A stretch of DNA of 64,000 nt from Nitrospirota bacterium (GCA_963790205.1 CAWBNQ010000003.1:64001-128000); one strand, 5' to 3'. Shown: positions 29,499 to 39,458, counted from the first letter of the stretch. Made by a program: numbers and translations. The notes: a model not told the origin generated them from the letters alone.

Positions 29499-29929
29499 AA
29501 GCGCTGCTCGACACATCGGTGCTCGTCGCCGCGCTCGTGGAACCGCACCCTGAACATCAGCGCGCCCTTCCCTGGCTCACAAAAGGGAAGTCTCGTACAA
29601 ATGAGTTGGTGATATCGTCGCACAGCATCGCAGAGCTCTATGCCGTGCTCTCGACGCTGCCGGTCAGTCCACGGATATCTCCGGGCCTCGCATGGCGGCT
29701 TATCCACGAGAGTGTTGAGCCGAGGGTGTCCATTGTCCCGCTTTCCTCCTCCGATTATCTTGCAACGATCAAACACATGAGCGATATAGGGCTTTCCGGG
29801 GGAGCTGTGTACGACGCCCTTATCGTGAAGGCTGCACAGAAGAGCGGGGCCGACCGCATTGTGACCTTTAACTCGAACGATTTTAAGCGCGTATGGCCTG
29901 AAGGGGCGGACCGTATCGTCGCGCCGTGA
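29495..29929 (+). CDS. vapC: PIN-domain toxin (VapC)
   Basis: LLDTSVLVA, SIAELY, YDALI, IVTFNSNDF. Confidence 0.9.
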   Translation: MKALLDTSVLVAALVEPHPEHQRALPWLTKGKSRTNELVISSHSIAELYAVLSTLPVSPRISPGLAWRLIHESVEPRVSIVPLSSSDYLATIKHMSDIGLSGGAVYDALIVKAAQKSGADRIVTFNSNDFKRVWPEGADRIVAP

Positions 29930-30044
29930 AACCTGTTTTAAGGCAGCCGGTCATCTTTAGCCGTGGATTCTTTTACCCGCGAGTGCCGGACCCGGGAGAT
30001 TGTCCGCTTGAATTTTCCCGCTCATCCGTGGTAAAGTGCCCCCT

Positions 30045-31667
30045 GTGACCGCCGCGCTTGTCATCTTCATCATCACCTATCTCTTCATCGGGCTCAGGCA
30101 GATCCCGCGGGTGCATATCGACCGGACCGCGGGCGCGCTCGTGGGCGCGGTGCTCATGATCGTCTTCGGCGTGCTGACCCTCGACCAGGCCTTTGCCGCC
30201 ATCGACATGAACACCCTGCTTCTGCTGCTCGGCATGATGATCATCACCGTCTACCTCCGGACCGCGGGGTTCTTCGAGCTTATGGCAGACAAGATTCTTT
30301 CACTCTCGAAGACGCCGACTCAGCTCCTTATCTTCATTACACTCTCGTCGGGCCTGCTCTCCGCCCTGTTCGTGAACGACACGATCTGCCTGCTCTATAC
30401 GCCGATCATTCTCGAAGTGACCGTCCAACTCGGCGTGAACCCCATGCCGTACCTGCTCGCGCTCGCCACGTCGTCGAATATCGGGAGCGTCATGACCGTC
30501 ACGGGCAACCCGCAGAACATGCTCATCGGCATCTACTCGAAGATCCCCTATCTTTCTTTTTTCGGCGCGCTCTTTCCGGTGGCGCTCCTCGGGTTTGTCG
30601 TGATTGTCCTGGTGATCCGGTTCCTGTACCGCAAGGACATGAAGAAGGAGTGCTTTCTGAAGAGGCCGGCGGTGCCTGTCTACGAGGTCAACAAACCGCT
30701 GCTCACAAAGGCGCTCGTGATCTGCGCGGGGGTGCTCGTCGCGTTCTCGGCGGGATATCCCTATTCCCTGACCGCGGCAACGGGAGCGGTGGTCCTGATG
30801 CTCGTGGGCGGGGTACGCACGGAGCGGGTCCTCGAAGGCGTGGACTGGACGCTCCTGCTTTTCTTCTCCGGCCTCTTTGTGGTCATGCACGGCGTCGAGG
30901 CGTCGGGCCTTGCCCGCACGATGATCGGCTGGACCGGCGGAGTTACGGAAACGACGAGCGCGGGCAGGATCGCCGGGCTGTCGTTCATCTCCGCCCTGCT
31001 GTCCAATGTCGTCAGCAATGTGCCTGCGGTGATGCTGCTCAAACCCTTTGTAGAATCCCTCGGCGGAGACAGGACCGCATGGCTCGCGCTCGCTATGAGC
31101 AGCACCCTCGCGGGAAACCTCACTCTCATCGGTTCGGTCGCGAACCTGATCGTGGTACAGCAGGCGAGGCGGAAGGTGGAGATCGGGTTCATGGAATATT
31201 TCCGCGCGGGCGCCGTGATCACGGCCGCGACCATCGCCATCGGCATCCTGGTGCTCGCCCTGGAAGTGCGCGCGGCGCACGGCGCCGAGGCGGGGGTCCT
31301 GGAAAAGCAGATGACGGTGACCGTCGCCTCTCCCGGTACTGCCGCAGGAGCGCGGACCTTCCGGGTCGTGCTTGTGTGCGATACCATCCAAAAACGGGAA
31401 CAAGGACTGCAGGGATTCCGGCCCTTGATGCCCGGCGAGGCCGCGCTCTTTGCGTTCGACAGGCCCGAGGCCGTTTCCTTCTGGATGGGCAGCGTCGCGT
31501 TTCCCATCGACATCATCTTCGTCTCTTCCGGGAAAGAGGTCGAGCGAGTTTATCCCTCCCTCAGGCCCGGAAGTTCTGGCCTGTATCCCTCGGGCGGGCC
31601 GGTCACCTGGGTGCTCGAGACCGCGGCAGGCTCGGGGGTCAGGGTGGGGGACAGGGTTGTTTTTTGA
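30045..31667 (+). CDS. ArsB/NhaD (YbiR/Lsi2-like) anion permease fused to a C-terminal DUF192 domain
   Basis: LSALFVNDTICL, SNIGSVMTVTGNPQN, SNVVSNVPAV, STLAGNLTLIGSVAN; then REQGLQG...ALF.F...SFWM..VAFPIDIIFV...VLE..AG...GDRV. Confidence 0.87.
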   Translation: MTAALVIFIITYLFIGLRQIPRVHIDRTAGALVGAVLMIVFGVLTLDQAFAAIDMNTLLLLLGMMIITVYLRTAGFFELMADKILSLSKTPTQLLIFITLSSGLLSALFVNDTICLLYTPIILEVTVQLGVNPMPYLLALATSSNIGSVMTVTGNPQNMLIGIYSKIPYLSFFGALFPVALLGFVVIVLVIRFLYRKDMKKECFLKRPAVPVYEVNKPLLTKALVICAGVLVAFSAGYPYSLTAATGAVVLMLVGGVRTERVLEGVDWTLLLFFSGLFVVMHGVEASGLARTMIGWTGGVTETTSAGRIAGLSFISALLSNVVSNVPAVMLLKPFVESLGGDRTAWLALAMSSTLAGNLTLIGSVANLIVVQQARRKVEIGFMEYFRAGAVITAATIAIGILVLALEVRAAHGAEAGVLEKQMTVTVASPGTAAGARTFRVVLVCDTIQKREQGLQGFRPLMPGEAALFAFDRPEAVSFWMGSVAFPIDIIFVSSGKEVERVYPSLRPGSSGLYPSGGPVTWVLETAAGSGVRVGDRVVF

Positions 31668-31767
31668 TTGCGGATTGCCGATCTCGGATTGCGGACCGTG
31701 CAAATGCGGAATGAGAGGAGCGTTAATTGCGTTTTTAAATCCGAAATTCGTAATCCGTAATCCGAAA
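31666..31767. repeat. Opposed arrays of degenerate 7-mers
   Basis: GATTGCG GATTGCC GATCTCG GATTGCG ... AATCCGA AATTCGT AATCCGT AATCCGA. Confidence 0.65.
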
Positions 31768-32513
31768 TGGAGTCTATGGAACTGGGTTATCGAATAATCA
31801 GGCCTGACGATGTGGGAAAGTACCCCTTGCCTTTTGCTCAGATATCGCTCTGGCGCGAGGCGAACTGGGGTGTGGCCGCCGGAGAAGAGGCCGTTCGGCA
31901 GGCAATCGCTATCGCGCAGAGGTGCAAAACGCGCGGTATTCGGACGGTTTTTCATCCCCTCGAATATCCCCTGTCCAACGCGCACAATCCTCAAACCCTG
32001 GGCGTCATGCGGCGGCTGGCGGCGGCAAGCGACCTCGGCATCATCGTCCACGACGAGGGCAATGCGGACGGGAAGAGGCTTTCGGCGGGCGAGGCGGATC
32101 AGTATGAACGGGGAGTGAGAGAGACCGGCGCACTCTGCGCTGTTTCGATCGAAAACTCGTACAATTCCCGCGATATCATCCGGTTCTGGGAGCAATTCGT
32201 CGCTCCTGCCCCGGAGACCGTTTCCATAACCCTGGACATCGGCCATCTTGAGCTGGCGGGAGTCGATTCCATCGCCTTCGTACGGGACGTGCCGCAACAC
32301 CTTATCGAACGAATGCAGTTCGTGCATATGCATCATTATGATGAAGGGTCACCCCACAGCGTGAAGGACCACAAACCGCTTGTGCCCGGCTGCCGGGAGA
32401 TCGAGGCCCTGAAGCTGCTGCTGCGGCGAAAGAGCGGCCTCCGCGTTATCCTCGAGCTGGACGCGGCGGAAGACGGCATGGCGCGGAGCATCGAGCTGAT
32501 AAGAAACTTATAA
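31767..32513 (+). CDS. Xylose-isomerase-like TIM-barrel protein (AP endonuclease 2 family)
   Basis: VFHP, SIEN, TLDIGH, VHMH, DH, ILE metal-ligand pattern. Confidence 0.75.
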   Translation: MESMELGYRIIRPDDVGKYPLPFAQISLWREANWGVAAGEEAVRQAIAIAQRCKTRGIRTVFHPLEYPLSNAHNPQTLGVMRRLAAASDLGIIVHDEGNADGKRLSAGEADQYERGVRETGALCAVSIENSYNSRDIIRFWEQFVAPAPETVSITLDIGHLELAGVDSIAFVRDVPQHLIERMQFVHMHHYDEGSPHSVKDHKPLVPGCREIEALKLLLRRKSGLRVILELDAAEDGMARSIELIRNL

Positions 32514-33117
32514 AAAAGTTTTCTCCTCCCTGAACAAACAAGTAAAACTCTTCCGAATATAAAGAGTCAGCTTTCTGTTCGATCATGATCGTAGTTTTCC
32601 GCGGCGATGCAAAAAATGAAAATGATCTCGAATATTATAGAAAATCACGATGCTTTTTTTGCACATCCCCTTCGCGTCCTGAGCGGAATTTTTGACCCGT
32701 TTAAGGCTACGTCCGCTTGCCGCGCAAACTCGGCCTGCGGCCTCGGACATGCGTGGTCGCCCTTGGGGACGCTTCCTTAGGCCAAGATGGGTGCCCAAAA
32801 ATTTCGCTTGCACCCGGCGTTTACGAGTGGACCCGAGAGTGCAGGGTGGAGGGCCGCTCCGGAGACGTGCGGGGTTGGGTAAAGACTCAAGCTTTTCCAG
32901 AGGCCCCTGCATCCCGCGAACAAGGAAGCGTTTTACATGACCGGAGCAGCGCCGGTGAACCACAGATCATGCATGCGCGTGCGCAGCGTAAGCGATCACG
33001 GGCTGCCGTATTGTCCGGTAAAAGAGAAGACACCCTGTCATGTCTGCGCGGCGTTGTGAGTGGGGTGCAGAAAAAGAAAAGGATCGTGAGCTTCCTGAAA
33101 AGGAGTTTCTATAAACC

Positions 33118-34053
33118 ATGATCATCACTCCTCTTGCAGCCGAATCGCTTGGCGTCCGGAGCGCGGCCTGTTTCGTCGAGACCGCGGACGTCAGGATCCT
33201 CATCGACCCCGGGGTGTCGCTTGCGCCGCGGCGTTTCGGCCTGCCGCCCCACCCGCTCGAGATCAAGGCCATGAACGAGAGCTGGCGTTCGATCAGGGAA
33301 TTCGCGGCGCGCGCCGAGGTCCTTGTCATCACCCACTATCACTTCGATCACTTCGACCCCACCGAGCCGCTCGTGTTCAACGGGAAGACGCTCCTCGTAA
33401 AACACCCGAAGGAGAACATCAACGCGAGCCAGCGCGCCCGCGCGAGGGACCTGGTCCGGAACTTCAGGACCCTGCCGCGGAGGGTCGAATTCGCCGACAA
33501 CGGCGAGTTCCGGTTCGGCAATACGGTGATACGTTTTTCACCGGCCGTGCCGCACGGCCCGGGAACCAAGGTCGGGTGGGTCGTCGAGGTCTCCATCCGG
33601 GAAGGGGAGTCCTGTTTTCTCCATACCTCGGACATCCAGGGCGCGAGCCTGCCGCAGCAGGTCGCGTTCATTCGCGCGGAAAGTCCCGATACGCTGTATC
33701 TCGACGGGCCTCTTACCTACATGATCGGGCAGGAGTTCAGCCCCGGCGATCTTCGCGCGTCGATCAGGAACATCTGCGATATTATCGAGACGACGAGAGT
33801 GCAGACCCTCATCATCGACCATCATCTGCTGAGAGACCAGAAATGGAAAGAGGAGATCAAAGAGGTCCTCGCAAGAGCGAAGAAGACCGGCAAGAAGGTG
33901 GTGACCGCAGCGGGATTCCTGGGAAAAGAAGAAGAAATTCTCGAAGCGCACCGCCGGCAGCTCTATGCCTGGAACCCCGACACCCCGGAGGAGCCGATCC
34001 GGCGGAGCGGGAATTTCCAACTCGTGAAAGAGCTGGAGAAGCAGGCCCGCTGA
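33118..34053 (+). CDS. Metallo-beta-lactamase-fold hydrolase, UPF0282-like
   Basis: AAESLGVRS, ILIDPGVSLAPRRFGLPPHPLE, THYHFDH, VPHG, SDIQG, DHHLLRD. Confidence 0.85.
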   Translation: MIITPLAAESLGVRSAACFVETADVRILIDPGVSLAPRRFGLPPHPLEIKAMNESWRSIREFAARAEVLVITHYHFDHFDPTEPLVFNGKTLLVKHPKENINASQRARARDLVRNFRTLPRRVEFADNGEFRFGNTVIRFSPAVPHGPGTKVGWVVEVSIREGESCFLHTSDIQGASLPQQVAFIRAESPDTLYLDGPLTYMIGQEFSPGDLRASIRNICDIIETTRVQTLIIDHHLLRDQKWKEEIKEVLARAKKTGKKVVTAAGFLGKEEEILEAHRRQLYAWNPDTPEEPIRRSGNFQLVKELEKQAR

Positions 34054-34307
34054 AAGATCTCATCCGGTCACGCCGCCGAAAGGACGCTGTGGCCTGTTCC
34101 ATGCTGCGGACGATTTCTGCAAGTTCTCGCGCACGACCTGTCCCGGGCTTTCGGCGCCTTGTCTGCCCGGAATCATGGGCGCGCCACACGATTTTCGCGT
34201 TTCGATCACTGCGATGCGGAAAGTTCCGGCATTGGCATGGCTCTGTCCGCAGGGTGTCTGCTCCCGGCCAAATCCGGCTTTCTGTTCTTTGTTGCCCCAT
34301 AAAACGC

Positions 34308-34336
34308 TTGTTTTTATTCTTTTCATTGTTTATAAT
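34308..34336 (+). promoter_or_regulatory. Sigma70-type promoter
   Basis: TTGTTT-17-TATAAT in an AT-rich patch. Confidence 0.55.
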
Positions 34337-34392
34337 GAAGTCCCTGAATTTATAACGATGCGCACGGGGGAGAATGTTCGGAGGTTGATGAT

Positions 34393-34683
34393 ATGCCGGT
34401 GTACGAATACGAGTGCGGCAGCTGCGGCGGTCGCTTTGAAATGATCAGGAAATTCAGCGATCCGGCGGTAACCGCCTGTACGCTCTGTAAAGCGGAAACC
34501 GTGCGGAAGGTGCTCTCGCCCACGGCATTCGTGCTCAAAGGCTCCGGGTGGTATGCCACGGACTACCCGTCGAACGAACGGAAAAAGGCGGGAGAGCCCG
34601 ATAAACCCTGCAACGAGCCAAAACCGGAATCCGGGTGTCCCGCGGGCTCGTGCGCCCCGGGCGCCTGTGCGTCAAAAGGCTGA
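34393..34683 (+). CDS. FmdB-family zinc-ribbon protein
   Basis: MPVYEYECGSC...CTLC...FVLKGSGWYATDY. Confidence 0.9.
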   Translation: MPVYEYECGSCGGRFEMIRKFSDPAVTACTLCKAETVRKVLSPTAFVLKGSGWYATDYPSNERKKAGEPDKPCNEPKPESGCPAGSCAPGACASKG

Positions 34684-34688
34684 GCTTG

Positions 34689-35462
34689 ATGGAGCCCGTC
34701 CATGTTCACATCCCCTATCCCAAGCTGAAAGATTTTTTCGAGATGATCCGGCTTCGCCGTTACGATCTCGAGATTTATTTTTCCGCCGCCGTCCTCGACC
34801 AGATCGAGCGTGAAGACCTGGAGAAGCTCAAGGCAAGCCTGGACTGGGCCCCCGCGCTTACGCTTCATGCGCCTTTCATGGACATGAACCCCGGAGCCGT
34901 GGACCCGATGATACGGTCAGTGACCCAGATGCGGTTCCGCCAGCTTTTGAACGTCGCGGCCATTCTCAGGCCCCGCGTTGCCGTGTTTCACGCCGCCTAT
35001 GACAAGTGGCGCTACAGCGGCAGGAAGGACGTATGGCTCAACAACAGCGTCGAGACCTGGCACGCGGTCATGGACGCGGCCTCGAATATCGGCATGCGGG
35101 TGGCGGTCGAGAACGTGTTCGACGAGGACCCCGAGGCGCTCCGGTTGCTCATCGAGAAGATCGCCCGCCCGGGCTTCGGTTTCTGCTTCGACACGGGCCA
35201 TTTTAATCTTTTCTCGGCCGTTCCCATGGAACAATGGTTCGAGGGCCTCGGGCGGCACCTTGTCGAGGTGCATTTGCACGACAACGACGGCACCGCGGAC
35301 TCTCACTGGGCCATCGGGCGGGGGAGCGTGGATTTCGAAAAATTTTTCGGGCTCATGCGCAAGCATTCCGCCGCTCCCGTCTTCACCGTCGAGGCGCACG
35401 ATAAGGAAGATATCGAGACAAGCCTTGGGCGCTTGAAGTCGCTTTTGAAGGAACGCGAATAA
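34689..35462 (+). CDS. Sugar-phosphate isomerase/epimerase-like TIM-barrel protein
   Basis: TLHAPFMDMNPG, VFH, VENV, CFDTGH, VHLHDN.G..DSH. Confidence 0.85.
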   Translation: MEPVHVHIPYPKLKDFFEMIRLRRYDLEIYFSAAVLDQIEREDLEKLKASLDWAPALTLHAPFMDMNPGAVDPMIRSVTQMRFRQLLNVAAILRPRVAVFHAAYDKWRYSGRKDVWLNNSVETWHAVMDAASNIGMRVAVENVFDEDPEALRLLIEKIARPGFGFCFDTGHFNLFSAVPMEQWFEGLGRHLVEVHLHDNDGTADSHWAIGRGSVDFEKFFGLMRKHSAAPVFTVEAHDKEDIETSLGRLKSLLKERE

Positions 35463-35623
35463 CGGCCCTCGATTCGAGACTCGATTCGAGAGGCGTCCGC
35501 GTCCGCTCTCACCCGTTCAAGAAAGCCGCCGACCACCGCCGGCCGTGGAGATCTTTCCCGGGGAGCGCGGTATAACGCCGATATAAATAATCGAGAGAAC
35601 GCGGTTCTCTCAGGGAGTTTGCC

Positions 35624-35652
35624 TTGACACTCCCCTGGGGTTGACTTAGACT
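35624..35652 (+). promoter_or_regulatory. Sigma70 promoter placed for a leaderless transcript
   Basis: TTGACA-17-TAGACT, then 7 nt to ATG 35660; no SD. Confidence 0.65.
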
Positions 35653-35659
35653 AATACCT

Positions 35660-37411
35660 ATGAAGAAAATCCTGATTGTATTCTTACTGATGCTTACTGT
35701 TGTTTCCTGCGCCACCTCGCCCGTCAAGATGCCTCAAGTGCAGGCCGAACGCATGGATTCCAAAGCGCGTGCGAAGGCCGACGCCTATTACCATTTTATA
35801 GTCGCCAATCTCCACGAGCAGGACGGGGAGTTTGACGCGGCCTTGGAGGAATACCGGGCCGCCTATCGCCTTGACCCCGGTTCCGCCGAGATCGCGCTGT
35901 CGCTCTCGTCCCTCTATCTTCGCAAGGGGCAGACGGAGCAGGCGGCGGCCCTCGCAAAAAGGGCCGCGGAACTTGCCCCGGACAAGACCGGAGCGCTCCT
36001 GCTCCTGGCCAATGTTTATACGAGCAGGAAGAAATACGACGAAGCGGCGGACCTCTACCGCAAAGTCATCGCGCTCAGCCCCAAAAAAGAAGACACCTAT
36101 ATATATCTCGGGTCGCTCTACGCCGCGTTGAAACGCTATGACGAGGCACTCGTGACGTTCAAGGCGCTCGAGAAGGTGAACCCGTCCTCCCTCATGTCGC
36201 CGTACTATCAGGGCAAGATCCAGATGGAGAGACAGCGGTACCCCGAGGCCCTGGCCGAATTCAGGCGTGCGATCGCGATCCGCGACGATTTCGAGCCCGC
36301 GTATACGAGCATGGGCATGGTGTACGAGCTTATGAACAGGCCCGGCGACGCCATCGAGTCGTATAAGAAGGCCCTTGCCGTCAACCCGCACGATCTCGAG
36401 ATCATGGGGCACCTGGCGCAGCTCTACATCCAGCAGAACGCGCTCGATGACGCGCTGGAACAGTTCGAGCGGATCGTGGCCAATGATCCGGATAACTTTG
36501 ATGCGTACGTCAAGATGGGGCTTATTCATGCCGAGAAAAAACAGTACGAGAAGGCCATGGAGTCTTTCCGTATCGTTGCGCGCGCCGAGCCGAACGACCT
36601 CCGGGTGAGGCGGTACCTGGCTTCGACACTGGTGGCCCTGGAACGCTATGATGAGGCGCTTAAGGAATACAAATCAATCCTTGCAGCTGCACCCGATGAT
36701 ACCGATGCCCTTCTCCAGATTTCCTATATCTATGCGCAGCAGAAGAAGGCGGAAGAAGCGGTCCCCCTGCTGGAAAAGGCGCTCAAGGAGCAGCCGGGCA
36801 AACCCGAGATCTACCTCTATCTCGCCAGCGCCTACATGGACGTGGAAAAGTACTCGGAGGCCAGGGACATTCTGAAGCGGGGCATCGAGCTTGCCCCGGA
36901 CCGCGATGATCTTCAGTTCAGCCTTGCGATCGCCTACGAGAAGCTGGGCCGCCGCGACGAAATGATCGGGGCGCTCAAGAAGACGATCGAGCTCAAGCCC
37001 GACAATGCCGATGCGCTCAACTATCTCGGATACAGCTACGCGGAAAAAGGGGAGCACCTCGACGAGGCGATCCAGCTCATCAAGCGGGCGCTCCTCATCA
37101 AGCAGGACAACGGATATATTCTCGACAGCCTTGCCTGGGCCTATTACCAGAAGGGATTGCTGAACGAGTCCCTCGAGGTCATGAAAAAGGCGATGGCCAG
37201 TACCCCGGAGGACGACCCGGTCATGCGCGAGCACTTCGGCGACATCTATCTGAAGCTGTCCGACAAGGAGAATGCCCGCGAGCAGTGGCTGAAATCGCTC
37301 GAACTCGACCCGAAGAACCAGAAGCTCAGGGAAAAGTTCAAGGAAGCGGGATTCGGCAATCCCGACGTGCTGTTGAAAGACGTGAAACCGAGGAAGAAGA
37401 ACAAGAAGTGA
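35660..37411 (+). CDS. TPR-repeat lipoprotein
   Basis: Lipobox VVSC; many TPRs; ALNYLGYSYA...YILDSLAWAYY...EHFGDIY. Confidence 0.9.
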   Translation: MKKILIVFLLMLTVVSCATSPVKMPQVQAERMDSKARAKADAYYHFIVANLHEQDGEFDAALEEYRAAYRLDPGSAEIALSLSSLYLRKGQTEQAAALAKRAAELAPDKTGALLLLANVYTSRKKYDEAADLYRKVIALSPKKEDTYIYLGSLYAALKRYDEALVTFKALEKVNPSSLMSPYYQGKIQMERQRYPEALAEFRRAIAIRDDFEPAYTSMGMVYELMNRPGDAIESYKKALAVNPHDLEIMGHLAQLYIQQNALDDALEQFERIVANDPDNFDAYVKMGLIHAEKKQYEKAMESFRIVARAEPNDLRVRRYLASTLVALERYDEALKEYKSILAAAPDDTDALLQISYIYAQQKKAEEAVPLLEKALKEQPGKPEIYLYLASAYMDVEKYSEARDILKRGIELAPDRDDLQFSLAIAYEKLGRRDEMIGALKKTIELKPDNADALNYLGYSYAEKGEHLDEAIQLIKRALLIKQDNGYILDSLAWAYYQKGLLNESLEVMKKAMASTPEDDPVMREHFGDIYLKLSDKENAREQWLKSLELDPKNQKLREKFKEAGFGNPDVLLKDVKPRKKNKK

Positions 37412-38184
37412 AGACGGCAAGCCTCGTTTGTCTCGCCATCATCCCGCTCCTGTTCGCGTGTTTCCCCAAAAAACCGGAAATTTCACTGCCCGAAGTCCCG
37501 GCTCTTCCGCTGATGCAGGCGCTTGAGCAGCGCCGGCAGATGTTCGCCGGGCTCAAGGCCGTGGCGAGCGTAGAAACAGTCAGGGCCGGCCGCAAACGCT
37601 CTTATGACACGGTCGGCATCGTGGTCGAGGACCAGCAACGGCTGCGCGTGGAAGCCTACGGGCCTTTGGGCCAGTCCCTGGTAACGCTCGTCTGGGACGG
37701 CACCGAGGTGCTGCTCCGTCTGGAGGACGGCAGGGTGCTCACGCCGGGTCCCGCGGGCCTGGAAAGGATGCTCGGCGTGGCCATGGACGCGGGAGAGCTT
37801 TGCGCCGTTCTGGCCGGCAACATTCCGGCAGCCGTTTCTTCGCAGGAAGCCAGGGCATTTCAGGAGCCGGATGGAAGCTTTGTGATCGAGCTCCGCGCGG
37901 GGGACCTTCTGCGGCGCTGGTACGTTTTGCTTTCCGACCCGGGCCCCGAACAGAGCATCCGGATCACCTCGAGTGAATTGTACCGGTCAGACAAGCTTGT
38001 ATACCGGGCCCGGTACGAACAGACAGGGCCGATCTCGAAGTACCTGATGGCGAAGATCGTGCGTATCGAAAACCCCGGCAAAAAGGTATCGCTCACGGTC
38101 GAATACAATGAGATGGATGTGAACGTGCCTCTCGGCGATGATGCTTTCAAGCTGTCGGACGGCGCCGAGGCGGGCTCTCGATAA
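37408..38184 (+). CDS. Lipoprotein with LolA/LolB-like (DUF4292-like) character
   Basis: GTG start overlapping the TPR stop; lipobox LFAC; RLRVEAYGPLG; lies between the TPR gene and ispE. Confidence 0.65.
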   Translation: MKTASLVCLAIIPLLFACFPKKPEISLPEVPALPLMQALEQRRQMFAGLKAVASVETVRAGRKRSYDTVGIVVEDQQRLRVEAYGPLGQSLVTLVWDGTEVLLRLEDGRVLTPGPAGLERMLGVAMDAGELCAVLAGNIPAAVSSQEARAFQEPDGSFVIELRAGDLLRRWYVLLSDPGPEQSIRITSSELYRSDKLVYRARYEQTGPISKYLMAKIVRIENPGKKVSLTVEYNEMDVNVPLGDDAFKLSDGAEAGSR

Positions 38185-38211
38185 ACAGACCGCGGAAAAG
38201 GCAAGGACCCG

Positions 38212-39102
38212 ATGAAAGAGCTTACGATCCAGGCCCCGGCTAAGATCAACCTCTGTTTGTCCGTACTCGGCCGCAGGCCGGACGGCTACCATGAGGTCTC
38301 CATGCTGATGCAGATGGTGGGTCTCTACGACGAGGTGAGGGTCTCCCTGGGAGAAAAGGGTGTCAGCGTTACCTGCGATGACGATACAATACCCCCGGGA
38401 GAGGAGAACATCGCCTGGAAGGCGGCCGCAGCCATACTCAACCATGCCCGTCTCGATACCGGGCTTTGCGTAACGATCAAGAAGGCCATACCCGTGGCCG
38501 CCGGGCTCGGCGGAGGGAGCAGCGATGCCGCGGCAGTGCTCGCTGCGGCCAATATACTGCTCAAGACCGGGCTCGATCGCGGACAACTCTCCGAACGAGG
38601 CGCCGGGCTCGGCATGGACGTGCCCTTCTTTTTTCACGGGCCGCTGGCCCTGGCGCGGGGCAGGGGCGAGCTTCTCACGCGCATGGCGCCGCTGCCCGGG
38701 TTCTGGGTTTTGCTCGTCAATCCGGGCTTCGAGACCTCCACGGCCTGGGTGTATAAAAACCTAAATTTGAGGTTGACAAAAAATGTTGACTGTAATAAAA
38801 TCGCAAGGCTTACGGTCCGAAACATGGCAGAGGGGCTCCACAATGACCTCGAGACCGTTACCGCGGCCGCGCACCCGGTGATCCGCAGGATCGAAGCAGC
38901 GCTCCTGGCCCACGGGGCCATGGGCGCGCGCATGAGCGGAAGCGGCCCCACGGTATTCGGCATTTTCGAGAACAAAGAAGGCTGCCGGGCTGCCGCGGCA
39001 AGCCTTTCCGGAGAAGGTTGGAAGCTCTATCCCGCTGAGGCATTGACGGCATCGCCTCTTGAGGTGTACCATACCAGTAGTATTTCGGGCAGCGCAAGCT
39101 GA
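38212..39102 (+). CDS. ispE: 4-diphosphocytidyl-2-C-methyl-D-erythritol kinase
   Basis: APAKINLCL...DGYH, IPVAAGLGGGSSDAA, DVPFF, NDLE, MSGSG. Confidence 0.96.
   Translation: MKELTIQAPAKINLCLSVLGRRPDGYHEVSMLMQMVGLYDEVRVSLGEKGVSVTCDDDTIPPGEENIAWKAAAAILNHARLDTGLCVTIKKAIPVAAGLGGGSSDAAAVLAAANILLKTGLDRGQLSERGAGLGMDVPFFFHGPLALARGRGELLTRMAPLPGFWVLLVNPGFETSTAWVYKNLNLRLTKNVDCNKIARLTVRNMAEGLHNDLETVTAAAHPVIRRIEAALLAHGAMGARMSGSGPTVFGIFENKEGCRAAAASLSGEGWKLYPAEALTASPLEVYHTSSISGSAS
38773..38801 (+). promoter_or_regulatory. Internal sigma70 promoter within ispE
   Basis: TTGACA-17-TAAAAT in an AT-rich patch of a GC-rich CDS. Confidence 0.65.
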
Positions 39103-39149
39103 TTTCGACGCCGCCCCGAAAACCCGCGATTTGTACAACATGAGGGGGT

Positions 39150-39458
39150 ATGAGTATGGAAATCACAGAGGTCAGGGTATTTCCGGTCAGCAATGAAGAG
39201 AGGCTCAAGGCCTACGCCACGATAACCATCGACAACGTGTTCCTCATCAGGGACCTCCGCGTGATCAACGGCAACGCCGGGCTGTTTGTGGCCATGCCGA
39301 GCAGGAAGATGAAGGACGGGACCTTCAAGGACATCGCCCATCCGCTGAACAGCGAGACCCGGCAGATGATCGAATCGAAAGTCCTCTCCGAGTACGAGCG
39401 GGAGCTGGCCAATCCCACGAAACGGGAACAGCCCTTGAAAGAGAAGGAATCCACATAG
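39150..39458 (+). CDS. spoVG: SpoVG
   Basis: MEITEVRVF...LKAYATIT.D..F.I.DLRVI.G..GLFVAMPSRK..DG.FKDIAHPLN. Confidence 0.95.
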   Translation: MSMEITEVRVFPVSNEERLKAYATITIDNVFLIRDLRVINGNAGLFVAMPSRKMKDGTFKDIAHPLNSETRQMIESKVLSEYERELANPTKREQPLKEKEST

